DNA of 64,000 nucleotides from Gemmatimonadota bacterium (GTDB lineage: Bacteria > Gemmatimonadota > Gemmatimonadetes > Palauibacterales > Palauibacteraceae). The position numbers and the translations under genes were made by a program. This document shows positions 42,059-52,090 of this stretch, in pieces. How positions within the stretch are numbered: position 1 is the stretch's first letter; the number at the start of each line of letters is the position of its first letter. The notes beneath the pieces are model-generated. The model was not told the DNA's origin and ran no database searches. It saw only the letters and a list, made by a program, of their open reading frames with translations. The DNA is taken from assembly GCA_965116475.1 (NCBI GenBank), contig OZ220691.1:2400001-2464000 (forward strand), read 5' to 3'.

Positions 42059-42400
42059 TCAGGCGGTGCTGGGGGCCTCGTCGGAGTGTTCGATTCCGGC
42101 TCCGCCCATCGCGGCGCCGGTGCCCACGGTGATGACGCCGAACATGAGGTCGTTGAAGAAGGCCTGCGCGTTGGCGAGATACCCGTGGATGAAGGGCGAC
42201 AGCATGCTGTAGGCGCCGAGGGCGATGAGTCCCCAGCCGCTGATCCGGTTGATGCCGAGGTTGAAGGTGATGGTGACGACGAGGATGGAACCGCCGAGCA
42301 CCACGCTGTGCCACCACAGGAAACCGAACGGGTATCCCCAGATGAACGGGGCGCCCAGGAACCAGAGTCCCAGCGCGAGACCGACCCAGCGTGACGCCAT
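42059..42400 (-). CDS. SPW-repeat membrane protein
   Basis: Two repeats LGLWFLGAPFIWGY / LGAYSMLSPFIHGY; GAGAGG RBS. Confidence 0.88.
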   Translation of the reverse strand: MASRWVGLALGLWFLGAPFIWGYPFGFLWWHSVVLGGSILVVTITFNLGINRISGWGLIALGAYSMLSPFIHGYLANAQAFFNDLMFGVITVGTGAAMGGAGIEHSDEAPSTA

Positions 42401-42479
42401 CGAACCTCTCTCGGAAGAAACCGGATGAACCGTCGAACCGGCGCCTATGATGCGCCCCGGCAGGGGCAAAGGCAACGTC

Positions 42480-44780
42480 CTACAGGCGGGCGCGGCGGAG
42501 GCGGTTCGCGTTCGTGACGACGGAGATCGAACTCAGCGCCATGGCGGCCTCCGCGAGGACGGGGTGGAGAAGGCCGAGGAAGGCGACGGGGATCGCGACG
42601 ACGTTGTAGACGTAGGCCCAGAAGAGGTTTTCGCGGATCTTGCGGAAGGTGGCGCGGGAGAGCTTCGTCGCGCGGACCACGGAGCGCAGATCTCCCTGCA
42701 CGAGGGTGATGTCGGCGGCTTCGATCGCGATGTCGGTGCCGGTCCCCACGGCGATGCCGACGTCGGCCGCCTTGAGGGCGGGGGCGTCGTTGATCCCGTC
42801 GCCGACGAAGGCCACGGTGTGGCCGTCGGCGCGGAGTTGCCGCACGGCCTCGACCTTGTCGGCGGGGAGCAGCCCGGCCCGGAAGTCGTCGATGCCGAGG
42901 TGCTCGGCGACGGCGGCCGCCACGGCTTCATGATCGCCGGTGAGCATCACGGTCCGGAAGCCGCGGCGGCTCAGCTCCAGGAGGGTCTCCCGGGCGTCTT
43001 CCTTCACCGGGTCGGCGATCGCGATCGCGCCGAGCAGCCGCCCGCCGGCGGACACCCAGGCGACCGTGCGCGCGTGGTCGCCGAACCGCCGCTCGACCCG
43101 GGCGATGTCCTCCTCCGGGATGCCCTCCTCGCGCAGCAGCCGCGCGCTGCCCACGGAGACCCGCTGGCCATCGACCTCGCCGACGATGCCCATCCCGACG
43201 CGGGCTTCCACGCCGCCCGCCCGGGAGAAGGGGATGCCGCGCCCGCGCGCCTCCTCGACGACGGCGCGGGCGAGCGGATGCTCCGAGGCGTCCTCCACCG
43301 CGGCTGCGAGTGCGAGCACGCGCCCCTCGGCGGCTTCCTCCGTCGCGAAGATCTCGACCACGCGGGGGGCGCCGCGGGTCAGGGTGCCGGTCTTGTCGAA
43401 GACGAGCGTGTCCGCCCGGTCCAGCGTCTGCACGGCGGCCCCGTCCCGGATGAGGACGCCGCGGGTCGCCCCGAGGCCGGTCCCGACCATGAGCGCGGTG
43501 GGCGTGGCGAGCCCGAGCGCGCAGGGGCAGGCGATGACGAGCACCGCGACCGCGGCGTAGAGCGCGAGGGACAGGCGGCCCAGTTCCGGGTTCACCCACG
43601 GGATGAACCCCGACGCCCAGCGCGCGGCCTCCGTGAAGACGCCGGGCACGACGAACCAGCCCGCGAAGGCCGCCAGCGCGACGACGAGGATGACGGGCAC
43701 GAAGATGGCGGTCACCCGGTCCGCGAACTCCTGGATCGGGACCTTGCTCGCCTGCGCCTCCTCCACGAGGCGAATGACGTTGGACAGGAAGGTGTCCTCG
43801 CCCACACCCGTCGCCCGCACCCGAAGCGCGCCGGAGTGATTGACGGTCGAACCGAGGACGGAGGACCCCGGTTCCTTCTCGACCGGAATCGACTCGCCCG
43901 TCGCGAGCGACTCATCGACCGCGCTCCGCCCCTCAAGGACGACGCCGTCCGTGGGGATCTTCTCGCCCGGGCGGATGATCATCACATCGCCCACCGCGAC
44001 GTCGCGGGTCGGGATCTCGAGTTCGGTGCCCTCCCGCTCCACGCGCGCCGTGGGCGCTTCGAGCGAAAGCAGCGCCTGGATCGCCGACGAGGAGCGGCCG
44101 CGCGCCTTCGCCTCCACGTAGCGGCCCGTGAGGTGGATGGCGGCGATCATCGCGCCTACCGGCGCGAAGTTCATGATCATCGGGGCGAACCCGAGGACGT
44201 GCAGGACGGCCCACGCCCCCGTGAGCACGGAGACGCCGGCCCCGAGCGCGATGAGAACGTCCATGTTCGGCGTGCGGCCCCGCGCCGAACGCCACGCGCT
44301 GCGCAGCGTCGCCCCCCCCGGCCCGATGAGGACGGCGGCGCCGAGCACGGTGACGCCGAGGTCGAAGACGAGCGGCGACGGCCAGCGCACCCCGGCGAAC
44401 ATCTCCGGCAGCATCCACACCATGGCCGGGACGGTGAGCGCCCACGCGGTCCACATCGTTTTCCACGCCTCGCGCGAGCGGGCTTCCGCCTCCGCAAGGC
44501 GCGAGCGCTCCGCCTCTCCCCGGTCCACGTCGGCGATGGGCTCGATCTCGTAGCCGGCCCCCTCGACGGCCGCGGCGAGTTCCTCGAAACCCACGTCCCG
44601 GGTGAGCGTCAGCGTCGCGGACTCGGCGGGGAGGCTCACCGCAGCCTCCACGCCGTCGACCGCGTTGAGGCTCCGCTCCACGGCGCCGACGCAGGCCGAA
44701 CAGTGCATGCCGGCGATCCGATAGGTCTTCCTTGCCGCGGTCGGCGTGGGGGCCGAGGCGTCCATGGTCATCCTTGTCAT
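42480..44780 (-). CDS. copA: Copper-translocating P1B-type ATPase
   Basis: GMHCSAC HMA domain, TGES, CPC, DKTGT, SEHP, GDGIND, YN, MALSS. Confidence 0.95.
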   Translation of the reverse strand: MTRMTMDASAPTPTAARKTYRIAGMHCSACVGAVERSLNAVDGVEAAVSLPAESATLTLTRDVGFEELAAAVEGAGYEIEPIADVDRGEAERSRLAEAEARSREAWKTMWTAWALTVPAMVWMLPEMFAGVRWPSPLVFDLGVTVLGAAVLIGPGGATLRSAWRSARGRTPNMDVLIALGAGVSVLTGAWAVLHVLGFAPMIMNFAPVGAMIAAIHLTGRYVEAKARGRSSSAIQALLSLEAPTARVEREGTELEIPTRDVAVGDVMIIRPGEKIPTDGVVLEGRSAVDESLATGESIPVEKEPGSSVLGSTVNHSGALRVRATGVGEDTFLSNVIRLVEEAQASKVPIQEFADRVTAIFVPVILVVALAAFAGWFVVPGVFTEAARWASGFIPWVNPELGRLSLALYAAVAVLVIACPCALGLATPTALMVGTGLGATRGVLIRDGAAVQTLDRADTLVFDKTGTLTRGAPRVVEIFATEEAAEGRVLALAAAVEDASEHPLARAVVEEARGRGIPFSRAGGVEARVGMGIVGEVDGQRVSVGSARLLREEGIPEEDIARVERRFGDHARTVAWVSAGGRLLGAIAIADPVKEDARETLLELSRRGFRTVMLTGDHEAVAAAVAEHLGIDDFRAGLLPADKVEAVRQLRADGHTVAFVGDGINDAPALKAADVGIAVGTGTDIAIEAADITLVQGDLRSVVRATKLSRATFRKIRENLFWAYVYNVVAIPVAFLGLLHPVLAEAAMALSSISVVTNANRLRRARL

Positions 44781-44790
44781 CCTTCCCGTA

Positions 44791-45126
44791 TTACCTGTCG
44801 GCGAAGCGCGTGAAGAGATCCGCGATCTCCGCGCGCACCCGCGCGGCGTCGTCACCGCCTTCCTCGATGGCATGGGTGGCGCAGCGCTCGAGGTGGTTCA
44901 GCAGGAGTTCCTTCTCGGCCGCGCGCAGCGCGGAGTGAACGGCGGCGAACTGCTGCAGGATGTCCGGGCAGTACCGTTCATCCTCCACCATGCGGGCGAT
45001 GCCCCCGACCTGTCCCCGGATACGGGCCAGCCGACGGCCGAGGTCCTGTTTCGTCCCATCCGCGATCCCCATCGCATGCGGCCCCGCGTCGCTCACCGCC
45101 ATTCCCTCCGCGCTTACGTCCATCAT
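44791..45126 (-). CDS. csoR: CsoR family metal-sensing repressor
   Basis: RLARIRGQVGGIARMVEDERYCPDILQQ...HLERC (Cys-His-Cys); start uncertain. Confidence 0.93.
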   Translation of the reverse strand: MMDVSAEGMAVSDAGPHAMGIADGTKQDLGRRLARIRGQVGGIARMVEDERYCPDILQQFAAVHSALRAAEKELLLNHLERCATHAIEEGGDDAARVRAEIADLFTRFADR

Positions 45127-45172
45127 CGTCCGACCGTGGGTCGGGTAACCGTGGGTCGTTCCTGCGTAAAAT

Positions 45173-45193
45173 ATACTATACAGGGGTATGGTA
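45173..45193. promoter_or_regulatory. CsoR operator
   Basis: ATACTATACAGGGGTATGGTA: AT-rich island with ATAC/GTAT arms and a G-tract, upstream of csoR-copA. Confidence 0.85.
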
Positions 45194-45288
45194 TTCTCCG
45201 CAAGCCGTGAACCCCGATCCGAACCGCGGCGCGAAATCGGGACGTGAGCGGTGGCGGCGTTTTGCCGGGGGCTGCTAAACTCAGGGCC

Positions 45289-45957
45289 ATGTTCAGAAGA
45301 CTGAGGCAGATGGTCGACGAGGCGCTCGACCGGATGGAGGCGAAGCAGCCCGGCGCGTCCGAGGACGACATCGACCGCGTCATCCGCGCCATGCGCCAGG
45401 AACTCGTCGATACGCGGGCGCGGATCTCCGAACTCGAGGACCTGCTCGAGTCGCAGGTGCGCCAGGCCGACAAGGAAAGGGAGGCGGCCGGGGTCGCCGA
45501 ACGGCGCGCGGCGAAGGCGGCCGAGATCGGCGACGCCGAGACGGTCGAGGTCGCGAACCGGTTCGCGGCGCGGCACCGCCAGCGGCTCGAGGTGCTCGTC
45601 CTCAAGGCCGAGGGGACGCAGGCCGAACTTCAGCAGCAGAAGGCCGAGGCCGCGCAGGGCGCCGAACAACTGAAGAGCGCCATGGCCCGGCGGGATTCGC
45701 TCAGCGTGCAGCAGCGGCGCGCACAGGCGATCCAGCACTCGTCCGACCGGATCGACTCCGTCGATGCGTTCGACCGCATGGCCGAGAAGATGGAGGGTAG
45801 GAGCGACCTCGACGACGCCCGACGCCAGGTGGAGGAGGCGCTCGACCCGATGGCCGGCGCGCCGGAGCGGGACTTCGTGGCCGAGCGGGAACTGCGGGAG
45901 GCGCGGGCGGACGCGATGCTCGAGGAGTTGAAGCGTCGCATGTCGAAAGGGGAGTAG
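45289..45957 (+). CDS. PspA/IM30 family protein
   Basis: MFRRL amphipathic start, long coiled coil, DAFDRMAEKME, LEELKRRM. Confidence 0.85.
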   Translation: MFRRLRQMVDEALDRMEAKQPGASEDDIDRVIRAMRQELVDTRARISELEDLLESQVRQADKEREAAGVAERRAAKAAEIGDAETVEVANRFAARHRQRLEVLVLKAEGTQAELQQQKAEAAQGAEQLKSAMARRDSLSVQQRRAQAIQHSSDRIDSVDAFDRMAEKMEGRSDLDDARRQVEEALDPMAGAPERDFVAERELREARADAMLEELKRRMSKGE

Positions 45958-45960
45958 CGG

Positions 45961-47460
45961 ATGGACCTGCTGACCATCGCCGTCTTCGGCTACCCGCTCG
46001 TCCTCATCGGGATCGGCGTGTGGCGCTCCAGGCAGATCAAGAGCCACGCGGACTTCATGGTGGCCGGCCGGAACGTGCCGGTGGCCCTCCTCGTGGGGAC
46101 GCTCATCTGCACCTGGATCGGGTCGGGGTCGCTCTTCGGCGGGGCCGGGCTGGCCTACCGCACGGGGGTCGCGGAGCTGTGGTTCTCCTTCGGCGCCTGG
46201 GTCGGCCTCCTCGTGGCCTTCTACCTTGCCCCCCGCGTGCGCTCGATCGCCAAGTACACCGTCCCGGACCTCCTCGAACAGCGCTACAACGCGGCCGCGC
46301 GCGTCCTCGGCACGGTCGCGATCATCCTCGCCTACGTCACGATCGCCGCCTACCAGTTCCGGGGCGGCGGCTGGATCCTGAGCATCGTCACCGACGGCGC
46401 CATCTCGCCCACCACCGGGATGATCATCACCTGCGTCACGATCGTGGCGTTCACGGCGCTCGCCGGGATGGTGTCCATCGTCTCCGTGGATCTCCTGAAC
46501 GGGATCATCATCACCCTCGGCATCGTCATCGGCCTCCCCTATCTCGTCCTCTCCAACGGCGGCGTGGGCGAGATCGCGGCCGCGCTGCCCGAGGGTCACC
46601 TCACCGTACTCGGCGGGCACAACGTGCTCTGGGTCATCGGCGTCGCGATGCCCACCTTCCTGCTCATCCTGGGCGAGAGCGGGATGTACCAGAAGTTCTT
46701 CTCCGCCAAGGACGCGGGGTCGGCGAAGAAGGCCGTGGTCGGCATGTTCCTCGGGGTCGTCTTCATCGAGACGACGCTGGCGCTGATCGCAATCGTGGGC
46801 CGGGCCGTCTTCCCGGAACTCGCGGACCCGGAGCAGGTGTCGCTGGTCGGCCGCGCCGCGTCGGAGACGATCATCCTTCACATCGCCGCCAACGGCCTGC
46901 CGATCGTCGGGGGCGCGATTCTCCTCGCCGCGGCGGTCGCCATCGTGCTCTCCACCGGCAACACGTTTCTGCTCGTGCCCTCGACGAACGTGAGCCGGGA
47001 CCTCTACGAGCGCTTCGTGGATCCGGACGCGAGCGAGGGGCGGAAGCTGGCGCTGCAGCGCCTCTGCGTCGTTCTGTTCGGCGGGCTGGGGCTCGTGTTG
47101 CTGACGCAGTTCGACACGGTGCTCGAGATGGCGCTCTACGCGTACTCGCTCGTCGGGGCGAGCCTCACGCCGGCGCTCCTCGCGGCCTTCCTCTGGCGCC
47201 GCGTGACGCCGCAGGGAGGGATGGCGTGCATCGCGGGCGGACTCGGGAGCATCGTGGGGATCGCGCTCCTGTCGAAGTTCGGCGTGAACTTCACCGCCAC
47301 GATCGGGGGGACCGCGTTCGACTTCGCCTCGAGCGACTACATCGTGATCCCCGGCGTCCTCATCTCGCTCGGACTCCTGATCGTCGTGAGCCTCCTCACG
47401 CCGCCCTCACCGGAAGAGAAGTGGCGGCCCTTCTTCCAGGAGAGCCCCGAGAAGCTCTGA
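45961..47460 (+). CDS. Sodium:solute symporter family protein
   Basis: DFMVAGR, TWIGSGSLFG, YTVPDLLEQRY, YQKFFSAK. Confidence 0.93.
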   Translation: MDLLTIAVFGYPLVLIGIGVWRSRQIKSHADFMVAGRNVPVALLVGTLICTWIGSGSLFGGAGLAYRTGVAELWFSFGAWVGLLVAFYLAPRVRSIAKYTVPDLLEQRYNAAARVLGTVAIILAYVTIAAYQFRGGGWILSIVTDGAISPTTGMIITCVTIVAFTALAGMVSIVSVDLLNGIIITLGIVIGLPYLVLSNGGVGEIAAALPEGHLTVLGGHNVLWVIGVAMPTFLLILGESGMYQKFFSAKDAGSAKKAVVGMFLGVVFIETTLALIAIVGRAVFPELADPEQVSLVGRAASETIILHIAANGLPIVGGAILLAAAVAIVLSTGNTFLLVPSTNVSRDLYERFVDPDASEGRKLALQRLCVVLFGGLGLVLLTQFDTVLEMALYAYSLVGASLTPALLAAFLWRRVTPQGGMACIAGGLGSIVGIALLSKFGVNFTATIGGTAFDFASSDYIVIPGVLISLGLLIVVSLLTPPSPEEKWRPFFQESPEKL

Positions 47461-47494
47461 GCCTCACGCTCCCGGGCGGCGCCGCGCCGCAAGG

Positions 47495-48559
47495 TCAGCT
47501 CAGGAAAGCGCGCAGTTCGTCGAAGCTGGAAGTAGGTCCGAGCACCACGAGATCATCGCCGGCCCGCAGCTTCTCCTGCGGCCCCGGGTTGTAGACGAAA
47601 CTCTCGGCGTCGCCGCCCCCTCCGCTTCCGCGCTGGATCGCGACGACGAGCAGGCCGGTCCGGGCCTGGATCTTCGCCTCGGCCAGGGTGAGTCCGGCGA
47701 CCTCGGACGACTCCCGCACGGATACCTGCTCCAGGAGAAGCCCCGTGCCGCCGGCGTCGCCGGGGGTGTCGAAGTCGACGAAGAGCGTGAGGTCCGGCCG
47801 CAGGACGAGCGAGGCCATCTGGATGCCGCCCGTCGAGTTGGGGGTCACGACGCGGTCGGCGCCGGCTTTCTTGAGCTTGCTGACCGCGTCCTCGGAACGC
47901 CCCCGCCCGACGATCGTGAGATCCGGGTTCAGCTCGCGTGCCGCCAGGCACACGAACGCGTTGTCGGTGTCCGCGCTCAGCGAGGCGATGAGCCCGCGTG
48001 CCCGCTGGATCCCCGCTGCCACGAGTGTGTCGTCATCGGTCGCATCCCCCTCGACGACCAGCGCGTCGGGGTCGATCCGGCGTACCTCCTCGATCTGCGC
48101 GGGGTCGCGTTCGACGGCGACGTACGGGGTCCCGCGCGTGACGAGCCTGTTCAGCGCGGCGAGGCCGGTGCGGCCCGCCCCGCACAGGATCACGTGGTCG
48201 CTGCGGCGGTCGATCCTCTTCATCGTTCTTCGTCTCTTGAAGGACTGGGTCAGGTTCATCTCGAGGAGGGTGGCGGTGATGAGGGCGAACCAGATCGCGA
48301 GCGTGATGATGCCGCCCGCGATCATGAAACTCGCGAAGATGCGGCCGCCATCCGTGAGCGTCCGGATTTCGCCGTACCCGACCGCCGAGACCGTGATCAC
48401 GGTCATGAAAAAGGCGTCGGACACGTCGTATTGGGGCATGAGGGCGAAGCCGGTCGTCCCGATGACCGTGAGGCTCACCGTGAAAAGGACGGCCCCGAAG
48501 AGGCGGCCTTCGAACCGGGTGAAGTCGAACAGGCGCCGCGCGAGGCCCCTCCGTCTCAT
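47495..48559 (-). CDS. Potassium channel protein with TrkA-N/TrkA-C domains
   Basis: Pore TVSAVGYGE, ILCGAGRTG, GDATDD, C-terminal RCK-C. Confidence 0.93.
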   Translation of the reverse strand: MRRRGLARRLFDFTRFEGRLFGAVLFTVSLTVIGTTGFALMPQYDVSDAFFMTVITVSAVGYGEIRTLTDGGRIFASFMIAGGIITLAIWFALITATLLEMNLTQSFKRRRTMKRIDRRSDHVILCGAGRTGLAALNRLVTRGTPYVAVERDPAQIEEVRRIDPDALVVEGDATDDDTLVAAGIQRARGLIASLSADTDNAFVCLAARELNPDLTIVGRGRSEDAVSKLKKAGADRVVTPNSTGGIQMASLVLRPDLTLFVDFDTPGDAGGTGLLLEQVSVRESSEVAGLTLAEAKIQARTGLLVVAIQRGSGGGGDAESFVYNPGPQEKLRAGDDLVVLGPTSSFDELRAFLS

Positions 48560-50187
48560 CGCGCCCCGCGGTCCAGGCGCGCGACGACCTGGCGCCCCTT
48601 GATCCGGCTGCCGTCGAGGCCGCGGACCACCGCGTCGGCCGCCAGCGAATCGACGTCGACGAGGGTGAAGTTCTGCCGGATGTCGATGCGGCCGATCTGT
48701 CCGCCCGCAACGGAGGTTTCGCCGGTGATCGCGCCGACGAGGTCGCCGGGGCCCGCGCCGTCGCGCTTGCCGACGCCGACGAAAACCTTGGTCCAGGTGG
48801 GGCGGGTGGCGCGCCGGGCGCTCCGGTCGGGCGGTGCGGCCGCGGTGTCGCCGGGCGGTGCATCGCCGGGTGCTGCGTCGCCGGGTGCCGTCTCTCGCGC
48901 TCCGGTGGCCGGGGCGGGCCGGTCCGCCGTGCGGAGGAGTCCGGCGAGGGCGGCGGCCACGCGCGCGGCGCCGTGCTCCTGGATGAGAGGGGCGAGGAGG
49001 AGCGCGCCGGCCGCGAGATCCTGCTGCTCGAGCGCGGCGGCGACGCGGGTCCGGAAGGCGGCCACGTCGTCCATGAGCGCGGGGTCGGCGGGTTCGGCCA
49101 GGGGGGCGGCCCCCATCCCGGCCCGCAAGGCCGTCAGCTCGAACTGCCGCTCGTGCAGGGAGTCCACGACGGCGTAGCAGCGCTCGGCGCCGGCCGCCGC
49201 CCGGGCGAGGGGCTCCGGTGCCGCCGGCAGCTCGAACGCGACCGCATGGGCGGCGGGCTCGACCTCGCCCCACGCCCCGACCCGCACCGCTACGCCGCCG
49301 CCGGTTTCGCGCGCGGCGCTGTCGGTCTCAGCCGCGGCGTCGTCTGTCTCGGCCACGCCGCCGTCGGTTTCGCCCGCGCCGGCTTCCTCGGCCCCGGCGA
49401 CATCGAGCCCGGCCAGCGAGAGCGCGGTGCGCACATCGGAGACGGCGTCGGGGGCCGTCTCGACGCTGACGGCGGCTGCCGCGCCGGCCCGCGTGAGGTC
49501 GCGGAGCAACTCGGCGAGGCGCGCCAGCCGGCCCTCGCGCGTCGCCCGGCTCGCGACGGCGACCGGAGTGCCCGCCGCGCCGCCCGCCTCCGGCCCTCCG
49601 GCCCGCGGCTCGGCGAACAGGTCGTTCGGCCACCGGCGCGCGCGCGGCAGCCAGCGCTCGATCAGCTCGTCGAACGCCGCATCCCGGGCGTGGGTCGTCG
49701 CGATCCGACGTGCCCCGTCGCCCGAGGCCTGCACCACGGCCTCGACGGCGGCCCGCGCCGGCTCGAGCGCACGCACGTCATCGAGGACCAGGGTGCACAG
49801 CGCCGCGGCCGGGATGTCGCCCCTTCGCACGCCCTCCAGCAGGTCGGCCGGCGGCCCGACCAGGATCGGCGCCCGCGCCACCGCCCCGCCCGCGGCGCCC
49901 GGCACGACGACGACCTCATGCCCCGCGGCGCGGGCGGCGGCATGCATGCGCGCCGCGCAGCGCCGCGCGCGGTCCGCCGTCGCGGTAAGCACGAAGGCGC
50001 GGCCGCCTGCCTCGCCGGCGGCAAGGTCGCGCACGGCGGCGGCCGCGTAGAGCGCGGCCAGGCCCCCTCCCTCCGCGGCAATGAGCGCGATGTGGCGGCG
50101 GCGCTCGACCGCGCCCGAGAGCGTGTCGAGGGCTTCGGGCAACGGCGGCGGCGTTCCCGCCGCGGGCTCCGACTGGTCCTGGTTCAA
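48556..50187 (-). CDS. Degenerate DEAD-box-like protein with DbpA RNA-binding domain
   Basis: C-terminal [34 protein letters not shown]; helicase motifs eroded; start uncertain. Confidence 0.8.
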   Translation of the reverse strand: MNQDQSEPAAGTPPPLPEALDTLSGAVERRRHIALIAAEGGGLAALYAAAAVRDLAAGEAGGRAFVLTATADRARRCAARMHAAARAAGHEVVVVPGAAGGAVARAPILVGPPADLLEGVRRGDIPAAALCTLVLDDVRALEPARAAVEAVVQASGDGARRIATTHARDAAFDELIERWLPRARRWPNDLFAEPRAGGPEAGGAAGTPVAVASRATREGRLARLAELLRDLTRAGAAAAVSVETAPDAVSDVRTALSLAGLDVAGAEEAGAGETDGGVAETDDAAAETDSAARETGGGVAVRVGAWGEVEPAAHAVAFELPAAPEPLARAAAGAERCYAVVDSLHERQFELTALRAGMGAAPLAEPADPALMDDVAAFRTRVAAALEQQDLAAGALLLAPLIQEHGAARVAAALAGLLRTADRPAPATGARETAPGDAAPGDAPPGDTAAAPPDRSARRATRPTWTKVFVGVGKRDGAGPGDLVGAITGETSVAGGQIGRIDIRQNFTLVDVDSLAADAVVRGLDGSRIKGRQVVARLDRGAR

Positions 50188-50345
50188 GTGCGGGATCCCG
50201 GAAAACGAATTGGACAATTGGACAAAGTCGTGCGCGGGCCTTCGCCCAGCGGTGGGGAAGGTACGCACGCCGTCCGTCCGTCCAAAGTGGACCCGCCCTC
50301 CGGGAGTGGACCCGGCCGCCCGGCCCCCACGCAGCTCATGTCACG

Positions 50346-50375
50346 TTGACGGCGCCTCGGAGGCGCGCCTAACGT
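50346..50375 (+). promoter_or_regulatory. Putative sigma-70 promoter for the AGCS symporter
   Basis: TTGACG-N18-TAACGT. Confidence 0.4.
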
Positions 50376-50446
50376 CACGATTCGCTCGCCGTGGTCGCCC
50401 AGCGCGACCGTCCGGCGCGCTTGCCCCCGATGACCTCCAGTACAAG

Positions 50447-51799
50447 GTGACAGCAATTTCCACCATCGGAACGCTGGAGGCGATTCAGGCCGGGGTGTGG
50501 GGCGTCCCCCTCATCATCCTCCTCCTCACCACCGGCCTCGTCTACACGCTGCTGCTGCGCGGCCTCCAGTTCCGCCGCCTGCCGCAAGCCCTCTGGCTGG
50601 CGCTCGTCAAGCGCCGCGAACCGGAGGGCGAGGGCGACATCTCGCACTTCCAGGCGCTCATGACCGCGCTGGCCGCCACGGTCGGCACGGGGAACATCGT
50701 GGGCGTCGCGACGGCCATCGGCGCGGGCGGCCCGGGGGCGCTCTTCTGGATGTGGGTGACGGGACTCCTCGGGATGGCGACGAAGTACGCGGAAGCGGTA
50801 CTCGGCGTCCGCTACCGGGAGACGGACTCGCGGGGCGAGAAGGCGGGCGGTCCCATGTACTATCTCGAGCACGGCCTCGGCCGGGGCGGGCTCGGCCGAG
50901 GCCTGGCGATCGCCTTCGCGCTCTTCGCGACGCTCGCCGCTTTCGGCATCGGCAACGGCGTCCAGTCTCAGGCGGTGGCGGACGCGATGAACGAGTCGTT
51001 TCACCTGCCGCACTGGATCACGGGACTCGTCACGGCGGCCGCCGTCGGGCTCGTCATCATCGGCGGGATCCGGTCCATCGGGCGCGTGGCGAGTGTCATC
51101 GTGCCGGCGATGATCATCCTCTACATGGGCGTCGCCGGCGTCGTCCTCATCTCCAATGCGGCGGCGATCCCCGCGGCCTTCCGGCTCGTGTTCGAGCATG
51201 CGTTTGGGGGGCGGGCAGCGGCCGGCGGGGTCCTCGGCTACACCGTCCTCCAGGCGATGCGTTTCGGCGTCGCGCGCGGGATCTTCTCGAACGAATCGGG
51301 ACTGGGCACCGGGGCGATCGCCGCCGCCGCGGCGCAGACGCGCGAGCCGGTGCGGCAGGCGCTCGTCTCCATGACGCAGACGTTCATCGACACCATCGTC
51401 GTCTGCACCTTCACGGGGCTCGCGATTCTGACCACGGGGGCGTGGAAATCGGGGGCCGAGGGCGCGAACATGACGCAACTGGCCTTCGACACGAGCCTCC
51501 TCGCGGGCGCGGGGGACATCGTCGTCGCGCTCGGCCTCGCGACCTTCGCCTTCAGCACGATGCTCGGGTGGTCCTACTACGGAGAACGGAGCTTCGCCTA
51601 CCTCTTCGGCGAACGCGTGATCCGTCCCTATCGGCTGGTGTTCGTGCTCGTGGTCGGGCTCGCCGCGGTCGTGGAACTCGATGTCGTGTGGCTCATCTCC
51701 GACATCCTCAACGGCCTCATGGCCGCGCCGAACCTGGTGGGACTCCTCCTCCTCTCCGGCCTCGTGCGGCGAGAGACACGGAGCTACTTCAGCCGCTAG
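50447..51799 (+). CDS. Alanine/glycine:cation symporter (AGCS family)
   Basis: [48 protein letters not shown]; start uncertain. Confidence 0.95.
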   Translation: MTAISTIGTLEAIQAGVWGVPLIILLLTTGLVYTLLLRGLQFRRLPQALWLALVKRREPEGEGDISHFQALMTALAATVGTGNIVGVATAIGAGGPGALFWMWVTGLLGMATKYAEAVLGVRYRETDSRGEKAGGPMYYLEHGLGRGGLGRGLAIAFALFATLAAFGIGNGVQSQAVADAMNESFHLPHWITGLVTAAAVGLVIIGGIRSIGRVASVIVPAMIILYMGVAGVVLISNAAAIPAAFRLVFEHAFGGRAAAGGVLGYTVLQAMRFGVARGIFSNESGLGTGAIAAAAAQTREPVRQALVSMTQTFIDTIVVCTFTGLAILTTGAWKSGAEGANMTQLAFDTSLLAGAGDIVVALGLATFAFSTMLGWSYYGERSFAYLFGERVIRPYRLVFVLVVGLAAVVELDVVWLISDILNGLMAAPNLVGLLLLSGLVRRETRSYFSR

Positions 51800-51814
51800 C
51801 GTCGTGTACGGACG

Positions 51815-52090
51815 CTAGCCGCGGAAGGGCGGGTAGTGGCCGAGGTCGTAGGCGCGGATCGAGAGGACGCCGTGCGACCCGATCCCCACGTCGGCGAGGG
51901 TGCGCGTCTCGTCGCGGATGCGGCGCTCGGCGAACTCGGTGTAGAAGTCGCCGGGGTTGTCCGAGGAGCGCTGGAGCATCGCGCGGATGCCGAAGGCCTT
52001 GGCGTCGGCGACGGTCGTGTCGTCGGGCAGTTCGGCGACGTGCTCGAGCCAGCGGTCGGGCATGATGAGGCGAACCGTGATGGCGTTCAT
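51815..52090 (-). CDS. Ubiquitin-like (beta-grasp) small protein
   Basis: TTVADAK...FAERRIRDETRTLADVGI resembles ubiquitin DTIENVK...[17 protein letters not shown]; ends FRG. Confidence 0.7.
   Translation of the reverse strand: MNAITVRLIMPDRWLEHVAELPDDTTVADAKAFGIRAMLQRSSDNPGDFYTEFAERRIRDETRTLADVGIGSHGVLSIRAYDLGHYPPFRG

Noticed and set aside
38824..42165. SPW scars as a CRISPR array or integron attC sites
   Set aside because: The pieces are different parts of a coding gene with kb-scale spacing; there are no cas or intI genes and no clear attC RYYYAAC/GTTRRRY architecture.
50270..50446. Glycine riboswitch upstream of the AGCS symporter
   Set aside because: Conserved aptamer motifs (GGAGA, CCGAAG, CUYUCAGG) are not found.
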